A DNA stretch of 14,065 bases. Origin: Octopus sinensis (lineage: Eukaryota). The DNA lies in assembly GCF_006345805.1 (NCBI RefSeq), contig NW_021825952.1:1-14065 (forward strand), read 5' to 3'. The notes below the pieces were generated by a model. The model made no database searches, was not told where the DNA came from, and worked only from the letters and a program-made list of their open reading frames with translations. Positions 9,061-14,065 of this stretch are shown here, piece after piece (position 1 is the first letter of the stretch; each line of letters begins with the position of its first letter). Position numbers and translations under genes: made by a program.

Positions 9061-9461
9061 TACTCTTTTACTTGTTTCAGTCATTTGACTGCGGCCATGC
9101 TGGAGCACCGTTTTAGTCGAGCAACTCGAACCCGGGACTTATTCTTTGTAAGCCCAGTACTTATTCTATCGATCTCTTTTGCTGAACTACTAAGTGACGG
9201 GGACATAAACACACCAGCATCTGTTGTCAAGCAATGCTAGGGGGACAAACACAGACACACAAACACACACGCACACACACATATACATACATATATACGA
9301 CGGGCTTCTTTCAGTTTCCGTCTACCAAATCCATTCACAAGGCTTTGGTCGGCCCGAGGCTATAGTAGAAGACACTTGCTCAAGGTGCCACGCAGTGGGA
9401 CTGAACCCGGAACCATGTGGTTGGTAAACAAGCTACATACCACACAGCCACTTCTGCGCCT
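9061..9461 (-). mobile_element. SINE family A, full-length tRNA-derived copy inserted in (TA)n
   Basis: Minus strand starts aggcgcagaagTGGCTGTGTGG...GGTTCAGTCCC, has a central TA/GT microsatellite and ends gaaacaagtaaaagagta; (TA)n on both sides; several related copies in the window. Confidence 0.93.
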
Positions 9462-9665
9462 ATATATATATATATCTATATATTATATATATATATATAT
9501 ATATATCCCTTATGAGCACGCACACACACATACATACACATACACAATCCTGTAATAGCACAGTAACCGCCATGACACTGCCTTGTTTATGAAACAAGTC
9601 CTTGACTCTTTGCTTGCCTCGATTTTATTCATGTTGCTGTTGTTGTTGTTGAGGTGCATCTAATA

Positions 9666-9860
9666 CGGGTGAATTAGTGGACGACATATATCTAAACCTA
9701 CAGACGGAATGTCTTGTGTTATCGGTTCAAATCCCACCAGGTCACTGACTTTCTCTTTCATCGTTTATAGATCGATACGTAAAGATATCGATCTGATTCT
9801 CTCTTTCGTCTCCCTTCCCCGCATTTCAGACCTCATTTTTATTAAAAATAACTATTATTA
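9666..9860 (+). mobile_element. SINE family B, very degenerate copy
   Basis: ggttcaaatcccaccaggtca..gactttctctttcatcgtt..atcgata resembles the reverse complement of 12860-12913. Confidence 0.5.
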
Positions 9861-9867
9861 ATATTAT

Positions 9868-10015
9868 GGAAGAGTCGTCGGTGCGTCGAACAAACTGCCT
9901 TGCATTATTTGTTCCGGTTCTATATTCCCGAGGAGTTCAACTTTACCTATCATCCCCCTGGTGTTGATGAAAGGAAGCGCCAGTCAAGGACTGCAATCGA
10001 TGTACTAACGCCCTA
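9868..10015 (+). mobile_element. SINE family B, degenerate copy
   Basis: tcaactttacctatcatcccc..ttgatgaaaggaagcgccagtcaaggactg..tcgatgta matches the reverse complement of 12825-12895. Confidence 0.6.
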
Positions 10016-10044
10016 TCCACGAATATGCTAACCATCTCCCTAAA

Positions 10045-10228
10045 TTGGTCCCAAATTTTGGTACGAAGCCAGCAGTTTCAGAGGGGAGGGTCAGTACATC
10101 GATTACATCGTCGCCCAAATAAAAGGCAAATTTAAACTGGGTGGAATTTGAACTCAGAGCGCGAAGACAGGCAAAATGCGGCTAAGTATTTCACCCGACA
10201 TCCTACCGATTCTACCAGCTCACCGCTT
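10045..10228 (-). mobile_element. SINE family B with internal deletion
   Basis: Minus strand aagcggtgagctggtagaatcgg...gagttcaaattccacc (A/B-box-like); collinear with 12774-12967. Confidence 0.8.
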
Positions 10229-10266
<38 letters not shown>

Positions 10267-10290
10267 ATAATAATAACAACAACAACAATA
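10229..10290. repeat. (TAG)n-(TAA)n-(CAA)n compound trinucleotide repeat
   Basis: Directly visible. Confidence 0.95.
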
Positions 10291-10448
10291 AAAGAACTTG
10301 GCAGAAATTCAAATGATAGTGCTCATGGGAACAGCCAATATCTTACGCAAAAAACTGTCTCTGTAATCTCAAAATTTTGAAACAAATTCATAATTTTCTT
10401 ATGGTTTCTTAAACATTCTCTAGAACAATACAATATATACATGTGTGA

Positions 10449-10496
<48 letters not shown>

Positions 10497-10736
10497 GTAT
10501 GTATATCTATCTAGCTATCTATCTAATAATAATAATAACAAAAGAACTTGATTCCTATATCTAGAAATATATATATATATATAGATATGTATATATTGTA
10601 TTATATATATATATATAGATAGATAGTAGATAGATAGATATACACATTCATACACACACACACATATATACATCATATATATACATGTGTTAGGTATTTA
10701 AGTTTATGCACGTGCATATGTTTCGTGATTCAATAT

Positions 10737-11955
10737 ATGTATGTATGCATGCATGTGTGTGTGTATGTATGTATGTATGTATGTAGTATGCATGTATTAT
10801 GTATGCATGTATGTATGTATGTAGGTGTGCATGTATGTATTGTTGTATGTATTATGTATGTATGTGTGCATTATGTAGGTATGTAGTCATGCATACTATG
10901 TATGTATGTTGTATGTATGTAGCATGTATGTATGTATGTATGTGTGCATGTATGTATGTATGTATGTATGTATGTATGCAGTATGTATCGTATGTATGTA
11001 GTATGTATGTTTGTAGTATGCATGTATGTATGTTGCAGTATGTATGTAGTGTTGTCGTTATATGTATGCATGCACTGTGTGTGTGGATGTATTGTATGTA
11101 TGTATGTATTATGCATGTAGTGTATGTAGCAGGTAGTTGTATGTATGTGTGCATGTATGTATGTATGTATGTATGTAGTGTGCATGTAGTATGTATGTAT
11201 GTATGCGAATGTATGTATTGTATTGTATGTATGTATGTATGCATTGTATGTATGTATGTATGGTGCATGTATGTAATATGTATGTATGTATGTATGCATG
11301 CATGTAATGTATGTATGTATGTATGTATGTATGCATGTATGTATGTATGCATGTATGTATGTGTGCATGTATGTATGTATGTATGTGTGCATGTATGTAT
11401 GTATGTATGTATGCATGTATGTATGTATGTATGTATGCATGTAGGTATGTATGCATGTATTATGTGTGCAGTATGTATGTATGTATGTAGTGTGCATGTA
11501 TTATGTATGTATGTATGTATGTGTGATGTATGTATGTATGTAGGTATGTATGATATGTGTGCATGTATGTATGCTGTAGTATGTATGTGTATGTGTGCAT
11601 GTATTTATGTGATGTATGCATTATGTATGTAGTATGTATGTATGTATGCATGTATGTATGTGTGCATGTATGTATGTATGTATGTATGTGTGCATGTATG
11701 TATGTATGTATGTATGTATGTATGTATGTATGTTGCATGTATGTATGTATGTATGTAGTATGTATGTATGTATGTAAGTATGTATGTATGCATGCATGTA
11801 TGTATGTATGTATGTATGTATGTATGTATGTATGTGTGCATGTATGTATGTATGTATGTATGTATGTGTGCATGTATGTATGTATGTATGTATGTATGTA
11901 TGTATGCATGTATGTATGTATGTATGTATGTATGTATGTATGTATGTATGTATGT
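10737..11955. repeat. About 1.2-kb (TATG)n array with periodic TGCA interruptions
   Basis: Directly visible; accounts for all MYVC/HTYI ORFs. Confidence 0.97.
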
Positions 11956-12129
11956 GTGACCCAGGTGCTGATGATGCGGTGTTGTTGTTCTGTGACAGTC
12001 TCTGTATTCCTATATATCTCTTTAACCAGTGGAGCGTAACAGAGGTGTGCTGTGATCCACGGGACACCTCTGTCAGTTTATGGCAGTAATTCTGGTTTAG
12101 ACAGCGAAATTGTAAGTTTATTTCTCTGT

Positions 12130-12144
12130 ATGTGCGTGTGTGTG

Positions 12145-12181
<37 letters not shown>

Positions 12182-12202
12182 AAGAGGGTGAGAGAGAGAG
12201 AG

Positions 12203-12250
<48 letters not shown>
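12130..12250. repeat. (GT)n/(GA)n microsatellite
   Basis: Directly visible. Confidence 0.95.
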
Positions 12251-12431
12251 CAGTGACTGAGTGTGAGAAGAGGGAAGGTGATGGCTGTGGTACGTAGTCT
12301 CTTATATGAAAGAAACGATTTTGTGCTCTGCTGTTTTAGGGGTCAATTTGAGGAAAGAATCTATTTGGTATTAAAGGAGTTTGTTTTAGGGAGTACATAC
12401 GTAATTAAAAGGCAATTTTGAAATTCCCTTC

Positions 12432-12556
12432 AAGCCTAGTACTTATTCTATTGGTCTCTTTTGCTGAACCGCTAAGTTATGGGGACGTAAACACACCAGC
12501 ATCGGTTGTCAAGCAATGGGGAGGGGAACAAACACAGACACACAAGCATACACGCT

Positions 12557-12587
<31 letters not shown>

Positions 12588-12749
12588 CACACACGCATAC
12601 GACGGGCCTTTTTCAGTTTCCGTTTGCCAAATCTATTCACAAAGGTTTGGTCAGCCCTGCGCTATACAAGAAGACACTTGCCCAAGGTGCCAGGCTGTGG
12701 GACTGAACCTGGAACCAAGCTATTTACCACACTGCCACTCCCGCGCCCT
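12432..12749 (-). mobile_element. SINE family A, 3'-truncated copy with small head deletion
   Basis: Collinear with 9150-9461. Confidence 0.92.
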
Positions 12750-12773
12750 TCGATTTACACAGTTTGAAATTAC

Positions 12774-12967
12774 TGGTTTCAAATTTTGGCACCAGGTCAA
12801 TAATTTCGAGTGCGGGAACAAGTCGATTACATCGACCTCAGTGTGCAACTGGTACTTATTTTATCGACCCCGAAAGGGATGAAAGTTAAAGCCGACCTCG
12901 GTGGAATTTGAACGTAAAGATTGACGAAATGTCTATAAGCATTATATCCGGCGTACTTACGATTCTG
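12774..12967 (-). mobile_element. SINE family B (tRNA-derived)
   Basis: Minus strand gttcaaattccaccgaggtcggctttaactttcatccctttcggggtcgataaaataagtaccag; shares both ends with 10045-10215. Confidence 0.85.
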
Positions 12968-13364
12968 TACTTATTAAAGAGTGATTCTTGCGAGTCTATT
13001 TAAGTACCCTGAACTGTTAAACATTTTGAAAGTTAAGGCTTGTTTTCGCGCTAATGGTAAGTACATCAAGTTCTTCATGAAACGCAAAGTGATGGGGAGG
13101 TGAGGCTCAAAGCACCTTAAGACGGAGCACAAGTCTAACGAAAAGATTTATGGATACAATCCCCTAATTGTTTTTGTGGGAAGGGTCTATCTAGTGGCGA
13201 GCAGACTTAAGCACCCTCTCAGCCTTCAGACATTTCTTCCAGTAATACATCGATCGTGTAAGGACGGTGAAGAGCGCCAGCATCCGTCTGGAAGAAGAAG
13301 TGAAATGGCTTTCCCCTGCAGGCACAACCCGTGGTCCCACTCTGAAGATCAAAGATTGTGAGAC

Positions 13365-13852
13365 CAGTGCTGGTGCCATCAGGTATGGGAACTCTGAGGA
13401 GTGGAAGCGCATGGCTTAGTGGTTAGGGGGTTGGAACCATGATCATAAGACAGTGGTTTCGATTCCTGGACCGGGCGATGCATTGTATATCTTGAGCAAA
13501 TCACTTCATTTCACCTTGCTCCAGTCCACTCAGTTGGCCAAAATGAGTAACCTTGCGACGGACTGGCGCCCCATCCAGGTGGGGAACTTATACGCCATGA
13601 CGTATAAGTTCCCCATCCAGGTGGGGAACTTATACGCCCTTAGGAGCCTTGCATGGCTCGAGAAGGTAACTTCACCTTAACTCTGAGACGTTACCCAGGA
13701 ACCTCACGGGCCTCACGGGTAGCACGGATCTCACAGGCCTAAGGGCCCATTTCTAATTGATTTATGCTGTGGCTTGCTGGCTATAAATAGATACTCTAGG
13801 ACTTGGTGCACGGATTTGCCCTGGGGCGTATAATAACGTTAAGCAGGCCCTG
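13365..13852. mobile_element. Possible old hAT-like MITE interrupted by the family D SINE
   Basis: Ends CAGTGCTGG...GCAGGCCCTG are weakly complementary; GC-rich ctcacgggcc-type subterminal repeats; no 8-bp TSD seen. Confidence 0.3.
13399..13678 (+). mobile_element. tRNA-derived SINE (family D), full-length with 9-bp TSD
   Basis: A box TGGCTTAGTGG 13412-13422; B box GGTTTCGATTCC 13455-13466; flanking direct repeat AACTCTGAG at 13390-13398 and 13679-13687. Confidence 0.88.
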
Positions 13853-14065
13853 CCCAGCGCCCCTAAACACTAAATAATGATCTTCCACCCGTTTAAAAAT
13901 GATTGGTATTAAATAATAAAATACTTATCATACTTTATCACTGGTCCCTTATCACATAACCAAGATAACTCGGTACCCTGTATAGTGAACCATGTTACGT
14001 TTATCACGAGCTGATCTGTAAAAACACGGGTCCGCGATGATATTCTATTATTTAATAATTTACTT

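Noticed and set aside
10799-12089. Long ORFs up to 277 aa (MYVC/HTYI repeats)
   Set aside because: Translation of (TATG)n, which lacks stops; no coding complexity.
13569-13638. CRISPR-like 28-bp direct repeats
   Set aside because: Only two copies, the spacer is an inverted copy of the repeat, the context is a eukaryotic SINE and there are no cas genes.

Overview
AT-rich, microsatellite-dense eukaryotic non-coding DNA (intronic or intergenic). The repeat families look like those of an Octopus/cephalopod genome; this is recognition from memory, not a database hit. No credible protein-coding gene is present: almost every ORF in the track is translated microsatellite or SINE sequence. The window is a patchwork of at least four tRNA-derived SINE families (two copies with clean target-site duplications), Penelope-like element (PLE) remnants and simple repeats. 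The most interesting signal is three different minimal type-I hammerhead-ribozyme-like motifs (2132-2184 minus, 6832-6877 plus, 7072-7114 minus). One of them is fused downstream of a tRNA/Pol III head, suggesting a SINE-like element with a PLE-type ribozyme tail. Also noted: repeated inverted SINE pairs (possible dsRNA/ADAR substrates), a nested antisense SINE insertion, a miniature +/-/+ template-switch triplication, and candidate micro or non-coding exons.
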